Origin: Candidatus Poriferihabitaceae bacterium
Lineage (GTDB): Bacteria > Pseudomonadota > Gammaproteobacteria > Arenicellales > Poriferihabitantaceae
Reading direction: 5' to 3'
Assembly: GCA_965249835.1 (NCBI GenBank)
Contig: CBDFMY010000003.1
Span: forward strand, 358,286-422,285
Length of the DNA: 64,000 bases
Of the stretch, positions 41,419 through 52,447 are shown piece after piece. Under the pieces are notes generated by a model that ran no database searches, was not told where the DNA came from, and saw nothing but the letters and a program-made list of their open reading frames with translations. Each line of letters starts with the position of its first letter. Positions within the stretch are counted from its first letter, which is position 1. A program made the position numbers and the translations under genes.

Positions 41419-43530
41419 TTAAAAAGGTTCCACCTCAACGCGCTCGCCAGCGTTCACATGCGCGCAATCGGTGGGCAGGATGATGAAGCAATTGGCTTCG
41501 CCCATGGAGCGCAAAATCCCCGAACCTTGTACGCCGGTGGATCTGACCACGGTTTCGCCACTCTCGTCCCGGCACAAAACCCCGCGTTGATATTCCGTGC
41601 GTCCGCGTCTTTTTTTCAGCGCGCCCACACTCTTGACCATGAGTCGCAACGGCGTTGTCGGTTGCGCGACTTCGCCGGCCAGCAGTCGCAACGCCGGCGC
41701 GACAAAAATTTGGAAGGTGACCATCACCGACACCGGGTTGCCGGGCAATCCAAAAAACAAACTCTTGCCGTCGCTATTTTTGCGTACCTTGCCGAAGATC
41801 AACGGTCGCCCCGGTTTGATTGCGACTTTATGGAACACCACTTGGCCGCGCCGCGCCACGATGTCGCGAATGTAATCGGCATCACCGACCGATGCGCCGG
41901 CGGAAGTGATTACCAGATCGGCGCACTCGGCGGCATGCGCGATGGCCGCGTCGAGCGCGGCGGCATCGTCCGGCACGATGCCGAGGTCCACCATTTCCAC
42001 GCCGAGTTGCGACAACATGCCGTGCAGCGTGTAGCGGTTGGAGTCGTATAGTTCGCCGATGTTCAGCGCGGTGCCGAGCGGGCGCAATTCGTCTCCGTTG
42101 GAAAAAAACGCAACGCGTGGTCGGCGCAACACCGGCAACTCGGCAAACCCGAGCGATGCCGCCAACCCGATGTGCGATGGTGCCAACCGACAACCGGCGG
42201 CGATGGCGATGTCGCCGACCTCAATATCTTCACCGGCATAACGCACATTGGCACCGACTTGCGCGCCGCCTTCTTGCACCACGATGCGCTCGCCGTCTCG
42301 TGTCACCTGCTCTTGCGCGACCACGCTGTCGGTGCCGTTCGGCATCACCGCGCCGGTCATGATGCGCACGCATTGGCCGGCGCGCACCTTGCCGTGAAAT
42401 GGCTTGCCCGCCATTGAGGTGCCAATCACACGCAGTGTTGTCGCGTGTTTGTCACGCGATGCATCAGACAAATCCGCGCCGCGAAATGCGTAACCATCCA
42501 TCGCCGAATTGGTGTGGTTCGGCACTTGCACGCGGCTGGCAATGTCCACCGCAGCCACTCGTCCCAACGCCGTGCGCACCGCCACCGTCTCAACTGGTTT
42601 GAGTGGCGCAGTGGCACGTGCGATCAACTCATGCGCACGCTCGGCGCTGACCGAATTCGGGTCGGTGTCGCAATCAATACGGTCGGGTGGTTCCATGGTG
42701 GAATGGTTACCGGAAAATCGCGAATGCAAGCATACTTCGACGTTGAGTATTTTAGTCAACTCTTTGGCGTAGTCATGCAATCGGTCGTGCAATGCTTTGG
42801 CATTCGCTTCTTTCAAGCGCGGCGAGACGAGCAACACTTCCAAATGATAGGTTGATTCGCCGCGCACGCCGGTGTTTTTTTCCAATGGTGGGCAAGACAA
42901 AACCCATGCATCGCGCAAATGTTCTTCTTTCAGTTGCTGGTATTTTTTGCCAACGCAATTTTCAGGATCTTTGTTCAGCACAAACAAAACAATCGTTGCG
43001 TTTTTTTGTTTGGACTCGCGGGCGATCTTCCGAATGATTTGTTTCTCGGAATCGGCTTTCACTTCACGAGGAAGAAAATCGCCAAACGGATCAATCAAAA
43101 CCATTTCGTTTTTGCGCACACAATCCAAAACAGAATAGCCGTCTTGCGCGTCAAATCCTTCGCGCTTTAGTTCACATATGCCGTAATCCGCCAACTCTTT
43201 GCGAGTATTCTGGTCTTTGTCGGAAGCAAAAACCTGCGCCGTTTTGCCGGCATTTTCAGCGGCACGGCAAACGAGAAAACTGCTGCCGTAATAACGACCC
43301 TCGGCAATTTCCGCTTGTGCATCAAGCAACGCGAAACCATCCAGTTTTTTCACGCGTTCAACAACAGCCGGCACCGCACGGTGGTCCGGCTTCCCGCCGA
43401 ACGGGTCGAGGAAGGTGATGGTGTCGTCGCCATCGCCATCACCATACCAATGCACCAACTCGGCGAGCAGGCCGTGCTTCAACAAATCCCCGGCGTTGCC
43501 GGCATCGTATAGAAATTTATTCGTAGTCAT
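41419..43530 (-). CDS. moeA: fusion protein: N-terminal RlmJ-like (DUF519-fold) methyltransferase-like domain plus C-terminal molybdopterin molybdenumtransferase MoeA
   Basis: The C-terminal ~425 aa are MoeA ([38 protein letters not shown]). The N-terminal ~280 aa carry RlmJ-like motifs ([27 protein letters not shown]). The start ATG at 43530 overlaps the moaC stop (ATGA). Confidence 0.75.
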   Translation of the reverse strand: MTTNKFLYDAGNAGDLLKHGLLAELVHWYGDGDGDDTITFLDPFGGKPDHRAVPAVVERVKKLDGFALLDAQAEIAEGRYYGSSFLVCRAAENAGKTAQVFASDKDQNTRKELADYGICELKREGFDAQDGYSVLDCVRKNEMVLIDPFGDFLPREVKADSEKQIIRKIARESKQKNATIVLFVLNKDPENCVGKKYQQLKEEHLRDAWVLSCPPLEKNTGVRGESTYHLEVLLVSPRLKEANAKALHDRLHDYAKELTKILNVEVCLHSRFSGNHSTMEPPDRIDCDTDPNSVSAERAHELIARATAPLKPVETVAVRTALGRVAAVDIASRVQVPNHTNSAMDGYAFRGADLSDASRDKHATTLRVIGTSMAGKPFHGKVRAGQCVRIMTGAVMPNGTDSVVAQEQVTRDGERIVVQEGGAQVGANVRYAGEDIEVGDIAIAAGCRLAPSHIGLAASLGFAELPVLRRPRVAFFSNGDELRPLGTALNIGELYDSNRYTLHGMLSQLGVEMVDLGIVPDDAAALDAAIAHAAECADLVITSAGASVGDADYIRDIVARRGQVVFHKVAIKPGRPLIFGKVRKNSDGKSLFFGLPGNPVSVMVTFQIFVAPALRLLAGEVAQPTTPLRLMVKSVGALKKRRGRTEYQRGVLCRDESGETVVRSTGVQGSGILRSMGEANCFIILPTDCAHVNAGERVEVEPF

Positions 43531-44036
43531 TTTTCCACATCCGCCCGATTCCATTCGCCGGATTTGCCGCCGGATTTATGCACCAGGCGGACTTGGTTGA
43601 TTTCCATCCCGCGGTCGACCGACTTGCACATATCGTAGATGGTCAGCAACGCGGTTTGTACCGCGGTCAATGCTTCCATTTCAACGCCGGTGCGCTCGGT
43701 GGTGGCGGCTGTGGCAGTGCAATGTATGGCGTGGCTTTCGTGGTCGGGTGCCGATTTCATCGAAAACTCCACGGAAATATACGTCAGCATGATCGGATGA
43801 CACAGCGGCACCAACTCGGCGGTTCGCTTGGCACCCATGATGCCGGCCACGCGGGCGACGGCAAGCACATCGCCTTTTTTATGTGCGCCGGATTCCAGCA
43901 TCACCAGCGTATCGACATTCATGCTAATCCGGCCCTCGGCCACCGCCTTGCGTTCGGTGGCGCGCTTGCGCCCGACATCCACCATGTGCGCTTCGCCACG
44001 TTGGTTGAGGTGCGTGAGTTTGCCTTTCTTTGTCAT
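43527..44036 (-). CDS. moaC: cyclic pyranopterin monophosphate synthase MoaC
   Basis: [30 protein letters not shown] and TGVEMEALT. Confidence 0.92.
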   Translation of the reverse strand: MTKKGKLTHLNQRGEAHMVDVGRKRATERKAVAEGRISMNVDTLVMLESGAHKKGDVLAVARVAGIMGAKRTAELVPLCHPIMLTYISVEFSMKSAPDHESHAIHCTATAATTERTGVEMEALTAVQTALLTIYDMCKSVDRGMEINQVRLVHKSGGKSGEWNRADVEK

Positions 44037-44175
44037 GTGGTCATTCGTGGTTTAATCGTCACGAGGTCGCGATTAAAGTTCATTGCTATCGATACGACTG
44101 CCGATAATAATGGTATCGTAATGCGTGTGCAAATCGCCGGCAACTCTCGTGCATAGCGACTCAATTCTATTTTCC

Positions 44176-45318
44176 ATGTTTTTGATCTTCGGCGGTGCCG
44201 CGCTGCTGGCGACGGTCGCGTTGTATCTGCGGCAAGCGATGTTGGTGGCGTATCTGGTCATCGGCGCGATGCTGGGACCGTGGGGGTTTGCCCTGGTCAC
44301 CGACGCGCAGTTAATCCAGGACATCGCACGCATCGGCATCATCTTTTTGTTGTTCCTGCTTGGGTTAAATCTGGCGCCGCAAAAATTATTTCGACTCATC
44401 CGCGAGACCACCTGGGTAACTTTGTTCGGCACCCTGGCGTTCGGTGGCGTGGCCGGCATCACGGCATGGGCGTTCGGCTTTGCCGCGCCCGATGTCATCG
44501 TCATCGGCATCGCCGCTTCTTTTTCCAGCACCATCATCGGACTGAAATTGTTGCCGACCACGGTGTTGCATCATCGTCACACCGGCGAAGTAATCATCAG
44601 CATATTGTTGTTGCAGGATTTAATCGCCATCATCGCCATGCTTGGGATTCAAGCAGTTGGACACGGCGACTTGCCGCTTGCCGGCATCGCGAGTTTGTTT
44701 CTGGCGTTACCCGCGTTGGTGGCGATCGCGTGGCTCGGGCATCGCTATATCGCGCTTAATTTATTTCTCAAGTTCGACCGCATTCAGGAATATGTTTTTT
44801 TGCTGACCATCGGCTGGTGTCTCGGCATCGCCCAACTTGCCGAGAGCATGGGCTTGTCCTACGAAATTGGCGCGTTTGTCGCCGGCGTCGCCATCGCCAC
44901 CAGCCCGATCGCGTTGCACATCGCAAGCAGTTTCAAACCGCTGCGCGATTTCTTTTTGGTTATGTTTTTCTTTGGTCTCGGTGCCGGCTTCGATTTTTAT
45001 GCCGCCGCCGCGGTGGCGTTGCCGGCTGTGGTTATCGCGATTTTATTGCTTGTCATCAAACCGGTTGTGTTTCGGTTTTTGCTGGTCAAGCAAGCGGAAA
45101 CCGATCAATTGGCGTGGGAGATTGGCGTTCGCCTCGGACAATTGAGCGAGTTCTCGTTGCTGGTTGTTTTCGTTGCGCAACAAAACCGACTGATTGCGTT
45201 GGACACTTTGTATATGGTGCAACTTGCGACCATGATCACTTTTATTGTTTCCGCTTATTGGATCGTCGCCAAATATCCAACTCCGATTGCCATTGATGAT
45301 GCGTTGCGCCGCGATTGA
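44176..45318 (+). CDS. cation:proton antiporter (CPA2/Kef-like membrane domain, no RCK domain)
   Basis: Polytopic protein. GPWGF, FLLFLLGLNL and EIGAFVAGVAIA. An alternative upstream start lies at 44125. Confidence 0.75.
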   Translation: MFLIFGGAALLATVALYLRQAMLVAYLVIGAMLGPWGFALVTDAQLIQDIARIGIIFLLFLLGLNLAPQKLFRLIRETTWVTLFGTLAFGGVAGITAWAFGFAAPDVIVIGIAASFSSTIIGLKLLPTTVLHHRHTGEVIISILLLQDLIAIIAMLGIQAVGHGDLPLAGIASLFLALPALVAIAWLGHRYIALNLFLKFDRIQEYVFLLTIGWCLGIAQLAESMGLSYEIGAFVAGVAIATSPIALHIASSFKPLRDFFLVMFFFGLGAGFDFYAAAAVALPAVVIAILLLVIKPVVFRFLLVKQAETDQLAWEIGVRLGQLSEFSLLVVFVAQQNRLIALDTLYMVQLATMITFIVSAYWIVAKYPTPIAIDDALRRD

Positions 45319-45336
45319 TGTCGCGACAAAAAAAAA

Positions 45337-46149
45337 TTAAATAGCGAACAGTGATGACAAGGATGTGTTGAGCGACTGCACGGTTTGGCCGCTGTCGCGG
45401 TCGAGCACCAACACCGCCATGCCGAGGTTTGCGCGTTGCCAATCGGCCGGCAGGTCGAGCGTGATGTCGGCGTGGTTGGTGCCGCGATGGATCGCAACCG
45501 GCGAACTAAAGTGACGCACTACGAAATCATGCCGCAGCGTCTTGCCGCGGTTTTCGCCGCGACCGATTTGCCGCGTGATGCCGCTTTCATAAATCACAAA
45601 ATACGCTTGCGTGGAATTATCGTGCGCACCGTGCGCACGACTTTCAACTTCTATGCGCGCCATGAGATTGCCCGTGTCGCCATTGGTGTCGTGGCGAATG
45701 TGCAACGCGATGGTCGCTTGCGCCGTGCGCGCGTTGGCTTCGCGAATGGCGCGAGTGATGTTCGCGCCGCCGTGCGTATCGCGTCCGTCCACGGCGAATT
45801 GCGGCGTGTAAATTGTGCGCATGCGATTGTTGGCGGCGACTTCACGCTGGCGTGCGGTGAACGCCTTCTGCGAATACGGGTCGGGCCAGCCGAGGCTGTT
45901 CCAGTAATCCACATGAAACGCCAACGGCACGGCGTGGAAATCCTGCCCCAACGATGCACCGAGTTGGCGCAACCAGGCATCCGCCGGCGGGCAACTGCTG
46001 CAACCTTCGGAGGTATACAGTTCAATCAGCGGGCTAACGGTGGCGTGACTGGTCGCGGATAAGGTTGCAGTTTCTTCAGCACTTGCCAACGCTGTGGTGG
46101 AAAGTATAAGCGCGAAAAAAATCGGTGTGAACAATTGGCGAGGTCGCAT
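45337..46149 (-). CDS. DUF1223 secreted protein
   Basis: Signal peptide, then ELYTSEGCSSCPPADAWL, the DUF1223 signature. Start at ATG 46149 avoids overlap with msrB. Confidence 0.75.
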   Translation of the reverse strand: MRPRQLFTPIFFALILSTTALASAEETATLSATSHATVSPLIELYTSEGCSSCPPADAWLRQLGASLGQDFHAVPLAFHVDYWNSLGWPDPYSQKAFTARQREVAANNRMRTIYTPQFAVDGRDTHGGANITRAIREANARTAQATIALHIRHDTNGDTGNLMARIEVESRAHGAHDNSTQAYFVIYESGITRQIGRGENRGKTLRHDFVVRHFSSPVAIHRGTNHADITLDLPADWQRANLGMAVLVLDRDSGQTVQSLNTSLSSLFAI

Positions 46150-46156
46150 CACTTGT

Positions 46157-46777
46157 TCACTTAAACAAGGCGATGTATTGTTCATAACCGGCTTCGGCAA
46201 GTTGCTCCTTCGGGATGAACTTCATTGCCGCGGAGTTCATGCAATAACGCAATCCGTTCGGTGCCGGACCATCCTTGAACAAGTGTCCCAAATGTGAATC
46301 GGCGTGGCGGCTTCTGACCTCGGTTCGCGGAAAAAGAAGTTTGTAATCTACGCGTTCCACGATGTTCTCCGACGCAAGCGGTTGCGAAAAACTTGGCCAG
46401 CCGGTGCCCGAATCGTATTTATCGCGAGACGAAAACAACGGCTCGCCGCTGACAATGTCGACATAAATGCCGTCTCGTTTTTCGTCATTATACGGATTGC
46501 TGAATGGCCGCTCGGTGGCGTCTTTCTGCGTGACTTGAAACTGCAGGTCGGTCAATTGCGCTTTGATTTCATCGACAGAAGGCTTGGCGTAAGTCATCGC
46601 GGTTTTTTCTGGTGTTGATTGAATGGAGTTTGACATGGTTTGGTCATCGGTGATGGTCGGCTTTTCTGCTTGCGGTTGATTGAGCATCGCGCCAAACGCA
46701 ACACCCGCAAGCACGAGGGTGCCGACCAATAAAGTGGTGGTTTTCGGAGTGGTAATTTTAGGAATGATAATCTTCAT
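46157..46777 (-). CDS. msrB: peptide-methionine (R)-S-oxide reductase MsrB with an N-terminal signal/anchor
   Basis: [22 protein letters not shown] and [17 protein letters not shown]. Confidence 0.88.
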   Translation of the reverse strand: MKIIIPKITTPKTTTLLVGTLVLAGVAFGAMLNQPQAEKPTITDDQTMSNSIQSTPEKTAMTYAKPSVDEIKAQLTDLQFQVTQKDATERPFSNPYNDEKRDGIYVDIVSGEPLFSSRDKYDSGTGWPSFSQPLASENIVERVDYKLLFPRTEVRSRHADSHLGHLFKDGPAPNGLRYCMNSAAMKFIPKEQLAEAGYEQYIALFK

Positions 46778-46844
46778 AATGGGGAACCGTTAATGGATGC
46801 GAAAAAGGATGATAGCAATTATGACACGCATGGTCGCGCGAAGT

Positions 46845-47570
46845 TCAACTCGCGTCAAAAAATCGCGTCAATTCGGAGATGTTGTTCAGCACATAATCGC
46901 CGTGCGCGACCAATTCGGCGTGGCCATGCGCACCGCTCAGCACGCCGATCGAGCAAGCGACGCCGGCGTTTTTACCCATGTGCAAATCCCGCGGGCTGTC
47001 GCCGACCATCATCACCTGCTGCGGTAACAGTGCGCAGGATTCGCAAAATGCATGCACCATGCCGGGCTCTGGTTTCACGCCGTGTCCGCTGTCGGCACCG
47101 CAGACAAAATCAAACAATGCGTCAATACGATGCGTGCGCAACATGCGACGCGCGTTTTGTTCGTTGTCCATGGTGGCGACACCGAGAGCAAGTCCGTGCG
47201 CACGCAACTTTTTGAATAACGATGGTAGATCCTCCACCGCCGCCTTGCCGCCCGCATCGGGCAAGTTGAAGATCGCTTCAATGGCGCGTTGCTCATCACC
47301 TTCAATCGGCGCGCCGATGACCTGCGACCAAAAATCCAGAATCTCGCGATTGCAACCCGAAGCCAACTTTGAGTCGGCGCGCCAGGTGCGCGTCTCGGCG
47401 ATAAATCCGCCGCGTTCCAACAACATCTGCGCCTCCGCCACGCTGCCAAATCTGCTTTGCAAATACGCCGCCGCACGCTGATACGGCTCCAACCAGGTGG
47501 CGTTGAAATCCAACAACGTGCCGTCTTTGTCGAACAGGATTCCTTTTATGTCGGTTAATTTTTTTGTCAT
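46845..47570 (-). CDS. HAD-superfamily hydrolase (subfamily IA-like)
   Basis: ILFDKDGTLLD (motif I) and MVGDSPRDLHMGKNAG (motif IV). Confidence 0.75.
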   Translation of the reverse strand: MTKKLTDIKGILFDKDGTLLDFNATWLEPYQRAAAYLQSRFGSVAEAQMLLERGGFIAETRTWRADSKLASGCNREILDFWSQVIGAPIEGDEQRAIEAIFNLPDAGGKAAVEDLPSLFKKLRAHGLALGVATMDNEQNARRMLRTHRIDALFDFVCGADSGHGVKPEPGMVHAFCESCALLPQQVMMVGDSPRDLHMGKNAGVACSIGVLSGAHGHAELVAHGDYVLNNISELTRFFDAS

Positions 47571-47576
47571 GCGCGA

Positions 47577-47999
47577 TCAAATTTTAACCGACGGCACCCA
47601 GCAATAACCGTCCGGGTCGAGCAAAAAACATTCACGCAAACCGTGGGGTTTGTCGGTGCTCGTTTGCAGAACTTCATAACCACCACTGCGCGCGCGCTGT
47701 TCGGCGCGGTCGGGGTGCACTTGATACAACCGCAACTCGACCCCGGCACCGCGTAACCCGGCTTCGGGCAAGTGCGCGGGCAACGGGTGAGCGGTGTAAG
47801 TGGAATCGGCGTGCAACTGATACCACTGGTCGCGGTGAATCAGCACCGCGTAGTCCGCGGACGCGCGCGCGGCAGTGAAGTCAAACACCGTTTGCAAAAA
47901 TTTAACCGCCGCAAACACATCCGACACCAGCAAGTTAATGCCGAAGCCGTCTAATGCGTGGCCCATTTCCACGGCGCTGAGTTCGCTTAAATCTTTCAT
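47577..47999 (-). CDS. VOC (glyoxalase/bleomycin-resistance) family protein
   Basis: 140 aa. The call rests on a beta-alpha-beta-beta-beta-type pattern and length only, so the family assignment is weak. Confidence 0.5.
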   Translation of the reverse strand: MKDLSELSAVEMGHALDGFGINLLVSDVFAAVKFLQTVFDFTAARASADYAVLIHRDQWYQLHADSTYTAHPLPAHLPEAGLRGAGVELRLYQVHPDRAEQRARSGGYEVLQTSTDKPHGLRECFLLDPDGYCWVPSVKI

Positions 48000-48009
48000 T
48001 GCCCCTTGT

Positions 48010-49284
48010 TTACTTGCGCACTTGCGTAATCGCGCTCAGTCGTTCGCGATGAATCGCTTTTTTGATTTGCGCGCCGCTTTCGCAAGTGGCGGCGATGGCC
48101 GCTTCATCCACCGACATCGCGGCGTGATGATAACCATGCAGCAACGCCGACTGCGGGCAATCTACGTCGTGCATGCCGGTGCGCCCGCGCAAGTCGGCGA
48201 CGCAACATAAACTAAACAGCCGCACCTGGTTGGGCTGACGAAAACCATCCAGTCGCTGCAACAAATCCAACACGGTTGCCGGTTTTAATTCCGCCATGCG
48301 ATGATGATGCAAATGATATTCGCACACCCGCAACGCCAGTTGGCGATATTTTTCCGGCACGCGCAACCTCGTGCACAACGCATCCAGCGGCGCGAGTCCG
48401 GATTTTTCGTGACCATGATGAGACGGTAACTTTGCTTTCGGCGTCAACGCTTTACCGAGGTCGTGCATCAACACCGCAAAAATTACCATCGCCTGGTCGG
48501 CCGGTTCGTCGGCCAATTCGTCGGCAAGCAGATGCGCCGCGTCCAACGCCATCAACACATGCACGCCGGTATCAACTTCGGGATGATGTTCGGGCGGTTG
48601 CGGTATGCCGAACAATGCATCTACTTCCGGCATGATTTTTTTCAGCGCGCCGCAACTTCGCAACACTTCAATAAAACGCGAAGTGCCTGTTTCGCATAAC
48701 GCGCCGTGTAACTCCTGCCACACGCGCTCCGGTTGCAACGCGTCTACTTCGCCGTTGTCCGCCATGTGTTTCATTAATTCTTGCGTGTGCGGATGCACGG
48801 CAAAACCGAGTTTGTCAAAGCGTGCGACAAAACGCGCCACGCGCAACACGCGCACCGGGTCTTCGCTGAACGCCGGCGAGATGTGCTTCAAGGTGCGCCG
48901 CGTGATGTCATCGGCGCCGCCGAACGGGTCGATGATATTGCCCGCGGCATCCATGGCGATGGCGTTGATGGTCAGGTCGCGGCGTTGCAAATCCTGCTCC
49001 AGCGTGATGGTCGGGTCGCTGATGATGGCGAAGCCCTTGTAGCCGCGCGCGGTTTTGCGTTCGCGTCGTGCCAACGCGTATTGCTCGCCGGTGCGCGGAT
49101 GCAGGAACACCGGAAAATCCGCGCCGGCCGCTTTGAAACCAAGTTCGAGCATGCGCTCCGGCGTGGCACCGACCACCACCCAGTCGCGGTCGTGCACTTC
49201 CAGACCGAGCAAGCGATCGCGCACTGCGCCGCCGACTAAATACACTTGAAGTTTGTCGGTAAGATTATCGGTTGAGTTTTTCAT
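48010..49284 (-). CDS. cca: multifunctional CCA-adding tRNA nucleotidyltransferase with an HD domain
   Basis: VYLVGGAVRDRLLG, DLQRRDLTINA and HDLGK. Confidence 0.9.
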   Translation of the reverse strand: MKNSTDNLTDKLQVYLVGGAVRDRLLGLEVHDRDWVVVGATPERMLELGFKAAGADFPVFLHPRTGEQYALARRERKTARGYKGFAIISDPTITLEQDLQRRDLTINAIAMDAAGNIIDPFGGADDITRRTLKHISPAFSEDPVRVLRVARFVARFDKLGFAVHPHTQELMKHMADNGEVDALQPERVWQELHGALCETGTSRFIEVLRSCGALKKIMPEVDALFGIPQPPEHHPEVDTGVHVLMALDAAHLLADELADEPADQAMVIFAVLMHDLGKALTPKAKLPSHHGHEKSGLAPLDALCTRLRVPEKYRQLALRVCEYHLHHHRMAELKPATVLDLLQRLDGFRQPNQVRLFSLCCVADLRGRTGMHDVDCPQSALLHGYHHAAMSVDEAAIAATCESGAQIKKAIHRERLSAITQVRK

Positions 49285-50219
49285 TGGTTTTGGTCATTGG
49301 TTTTCGTCATCGCTTCCGGCCCGAAGTGAACACGGCCGCGTTCGTGCGCCAGGGCAACTTGCTTTTCGCGCTGTAAAAAACGCGTCTTGTCATGCGTTGA
49401 TACTTTGTCGTGGCAGTGCGGACAACTGGCACCGGGGATGTATTGCTCGCTACGCTTGTCGGCTTCGGAAATCGGCGAGCGGCAAGCGTGACATTGATCG
49501 TAACCGCCTTTGTTCAATTGATGATCGACGGCGACACGATCGTCAAACACAAAACATTCCCCGCGCCATCGCGATTCGGCTCCGGGTGTGCACTCCAAAT
49601 ATTTCAGGATTCCGCCGTGCAAGTGGAACACCTGCTCAAACCCGCGTTGCTTCAAATACGCCGTGGACTTTTCACAACGGATGCCTCCGGTGCAATACAT
49701 CGCAATTTTTTTGTGCTTGCGCGAATCCAACTGCGCATCGGCGAACGCCGGAAACTCGCGAAAATTTGTGGTGTGCGGATTCAACGCGCCGGCGAACGAG
49801 CCGATTTTCACTTCATATGTATTGCGAACATCGACCACGAGCACATCGTCATCATCCATCAACGCATTCCAATCTTCCGGCTCAACGCGCTCACCGGATT
49901 GGTTGGGGTCGAGGTCGTCCACGCCCATGCTAACGATTTCCCGCTTGAGTTTGACTTTGGTTCGCTTGAATGGCCGGGCATCGGCCAACGATTGTTTAAT
50001 CTCGATGCCGTGCAACCCCGGCTGGCGTTCCAGCCACGACAACACCGCATCAACTCCGCCACGCGCGCCGGCAATGGTGCCGTTGATGCCCTCGTGCGCA
50101 AGCAACACCGTCCCGCACACGCCGTTGCCCCTCATCGCCGCCAACAACCGCGGGCGCAACGCCTTGAGGTTGTCAAGCGCGGTGAATTTATACAGGGCGC
50201 AAACGATGATGGGAGTCAT
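49281..50219 (-). CDS. trhO: rhodanese-domain tRNA U34 hydroxylase TrhO (UPF0176/YceA)
   Basis: ALYKF, GTVLLAHEGINGTIAG and MYCTGGIRCEK. Its stop overlaps the cca start (ATGA). Confidence 0.85.
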   Translation of the reverse strand: MTPIIVCALYKFTALDNLKALRPRLLAAMRGNGVCGTVLLAHEGINGTIAGARGGVDAVLSWLERQPGLHGIEIKQSLADARPFKRTKVKLKREIVSMGVDDLDPNQSGERVEPEDWNALMDDDDVLVVDVRNTYEVKIGSFAGALNPHTTNFREFPAFADAQLDSRKHKKIAMYCTGGIRCEKSTAYLKQRGFEQVFHLHGGILKYLECTPGAESRWRGECFVFDDRVAVDHQLNKGGYDQCHACRSPISEADKRSEQYIPGASCPHCHDKVSTHDKTRFLQREKQVALAHERGRVHFGPEAMTKTNDQNQ

Positions 50220-50299
50220 AATGAACCGGGCATGTTACCGAAACCCTGCGGATTATAGACAATCTCGACGCCTATTTATCGCAACTCCGCCGCCGAAAT

Positions 50300-50700
50300 A
50301 AGGAGTTCGGCTACGCCAGAGCAACGTCGTTTTAGTGTCACGCTTCGCGTGACACTTATTTACCATTGTCTTCTCAAAAGGACTCATCGCCGCCCGATTT
50401 ACCGTTGTCCTCCCAGTCCGTCATTGCGCGCCGTATTTTGCGCGTATCATCCCTGATACGCGCCCTTCGGGCTCGCTTCGCTCGCGCCCAGTCGATTCAT
50501 GGCGCTCCCGGCGATTTTTTCGTTGTCAGGCAAGGCGCGCGAGGAGCGAGGAAGGGAGCATACATTAAGTATGTGAACGATCGAGTGACGATGCGCAACA
50601 CTACACTGCACTGCACAGCACAACGACCACAACGACCACAACGACCATGGCGACGAAAAGGCAAGCGCAATGGGGCAAGCGAAACGGCTATACTGCGCAC
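50300..50700. repeat. mosaic intergenic repeat block
   Basis: Contains the palindrome gtgtcacgcttcgcgtgacac, the 24-nt hairpin (50440-50463, opposite orientation), and a family-A unit with an internal 3 x cacaacgac microrepeat. Confidence 0.85.
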
Positions 50701-50725
50701 TTGTCTATTCTATTTCTTTTTCACC

Positions 50726-51400
50726 ATGACCACCGACCCACACACTTCCATTGAGGCCACTTTTGATGCGCCGGAGATCGATTGGTATTTTGATTTCCTC
50801 TCGCCGTTTGCGTATTTGCAACACGAATTATTGTTGCGTAATCAACCGGATTTGCGGCGAAATTATCGGCCGGTGTTACTGGCCGGGCTGTTGAAACATT
50901 GGGGCAGCAGGGGCCCGGCGGAAATTCCGGCGAAGCGCGTTGTTGCCTATCACTACTGCCAGTGGCTGGCGGACAAGCACGGCATCCCGATGAAATTTCC
51001 ACCGGCGCATCCGTTCAATCCGCTATCAACGTTGCGTCTGGCGGTCGCGCATACTTGCGCGCAAGACAGCGTGACGCAAATTTTTCGCGCATGGTATGCA
51101 GACGGCACCGACCTGAATCACGCGCCGAACTGGAATGCGCTTTGTCAGCGACTGGAAATCGCCGACGGCGATCAACTCATCGACCAGCAATGGGTGAAGG
51201 ATCAACTTCGCGCCAACACCGAACAAGCCGCGGCGCGCGATGTGTTCGGCGTGCCGACGCTGGTAATCGGCGACCGACAATTCTGGGGCTTGGACATGAC
51301 CGACATGGCGCTTGAATATTTGGAAAACCCGGCCCGCTTTGCGGGCGGCGAATACCGCAAACTCGCCGCGTTGCCTGTGGGTCAGGCGCGGAAAATATAA
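50726..51400 (+). CDS. 2-hydroxychromene-2-carboxylate isomerase / DsbA-like thioredoxin-fold protein
   Basis: ATG at 50726. IDWYFDFLSPFAY, and FGVPTLVIGDRQFWG near the C-terminus. The ORF extension upstream lies in repeat DNA. Confidence 0.75.
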   Translation: MTTDPHTSIEATFDAPEIDWYFDFLSPFAYLQHELLLRNQPDLRRNYRPVLLAGLLKHWGSRGPAEIPAKRVVAYHYCQWLADKHGIPMKFPPAHPFNPLSTLRLAVAHTCAQDSVTQIFRAWYADGTDLNHAPNWNALCQRLEIADGDQLIDQQWVKDQLRANTEQAAARDVFGVPTLVIGDRQFWGLDMTDMALEYLENPARFAGGEYRKLAALPVGQARKI

Positions 51401-51415
51401 TCGCGTCGGCGCCGC

Positions 51416-52399
51416 TCAATCGATTTCAATCACCACGCAGCCGCCTTCGCCAAGTTCAATCGCCCGATGCGCGGCGGCGGTTTGTTCGAGGGAGCCGGGC
51501 GTGGTGACGCGATGGATGAGTTGGTCGTGCGCCAGACAATCGGCAATGTCGGCGATGGCTTCGCGCTTGGCGAATTCGGGCATGTTGTAAACCAGCACCA
51601 GCCGAATCAGCGTGTTGTTGAACATCATCGGATAAAACGGAATCGCCGGTTGCGGCTCGTGGCTTGATGCGTAACTCACGATGACGCCGTTGGTTTTCAG
51701 GAGTTGCGAATTGGTCGCGACATTCGCGCCAAACTCAACTTCGATGATTCGCTGCACGCCATCGCCGCCGGTGAATTTTTTTATCGATTCAATCAAGTCG
51801 TCTTCGCGATAATTCAGCACCAAGTCGCAACCGGTTTGTTCGGCGATGCGGCAACGTTGCGCGCTACCGGCGGTGCCGATGACCCGCGCACCTTTAATCT
51901 TCGCCAACTGCGCCGCGTAAAACCCAACCCGCCCGGATGCGCCGCTGACGAGGATGGTCTGCCCGGCGACATCGCCATCGGCAAATACGCAACGATGGGC
52001 GGTCATCAGCGGAATACCAACACATGCGCCGATGGTGAATGTTACTTGCGCGGGCAACGGCGCGGCGCGCTCCGACGGCACCGCGACATACTGCGCGGCA
52101 GTGCCGAGGTGGCGTTGATACTGTGCTTGATAAACCCAAACACGCTCGCTCACTCGCGATGATGAAACACCGCCGCCGACCGATTCAATCACGCCGGCAC
52201 CATCGCTGTGCGGAATGATAAATCCATTTTCCAGCCCGGGCGGTTGCAACCCGGCGCGCTTTTTTACATCGGAAGGATTGACCGCCGAGGCATACAACCG
52301 AACCAGCACTTCGCCATCGCCCGGAATCGGTTGCTCGCGCTCGCCGTAAATCAGAACCTCATCGGCATCGCCGGTTCGTTCAAACCAGATTGCTTTCAT
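51416..52399 (-). CDS. NADPH:quinone oxidoreductase-like medium-chain dehydrogenase
   Basis: VLVRLYASAVNPSD and VSGASGRVGFYAAQLAK, a Rossmann motif. Confidence 0.8.
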   Translation of the reverse strand: MKAIWFERTGDADEVLIYGEREQPIPGDGEVLVRLYASAVNPSDVKKRAGLQPPGLENGFIIPHSDGAGVIESVGGGVSSSRVSERVWVYQAQYQRHLGTAAQYVAVPSERAAPLPAQVTFTIGACVGIPLMTAHRCVFADGDVAGQTILVSGASGRVGFYAAQLAKIKGARVIGTAGSAQRCRIAEQTGCDLVLNYREDDLIESIKKFTGGDGVQRIIEVEFGANVATNSQLLKTNGVIVSYASSHEPQPAIPFYPMMFNNTLIRLVLVYNMPEFAKREAIADIADCLAHDQLIHRVTTPGSLEQTAAAHRAIELGEGGCVVIEID

Positions 52400-52447
52400 A
52401 CTCGTTGTTATCGTTTATGCGCAAGTAAGCGTATTGCGCGTGGCCAG

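Noticed and set aside
44037-44175. A possible Moco riboswitch upstream of moaC.
   Set aside because: The moaC upstream spacer is only ~90-140 nt, shared with a divergent gene. I could not recognise the conserved Moco-motif stems. This would need a covariance-model scan to exclude.
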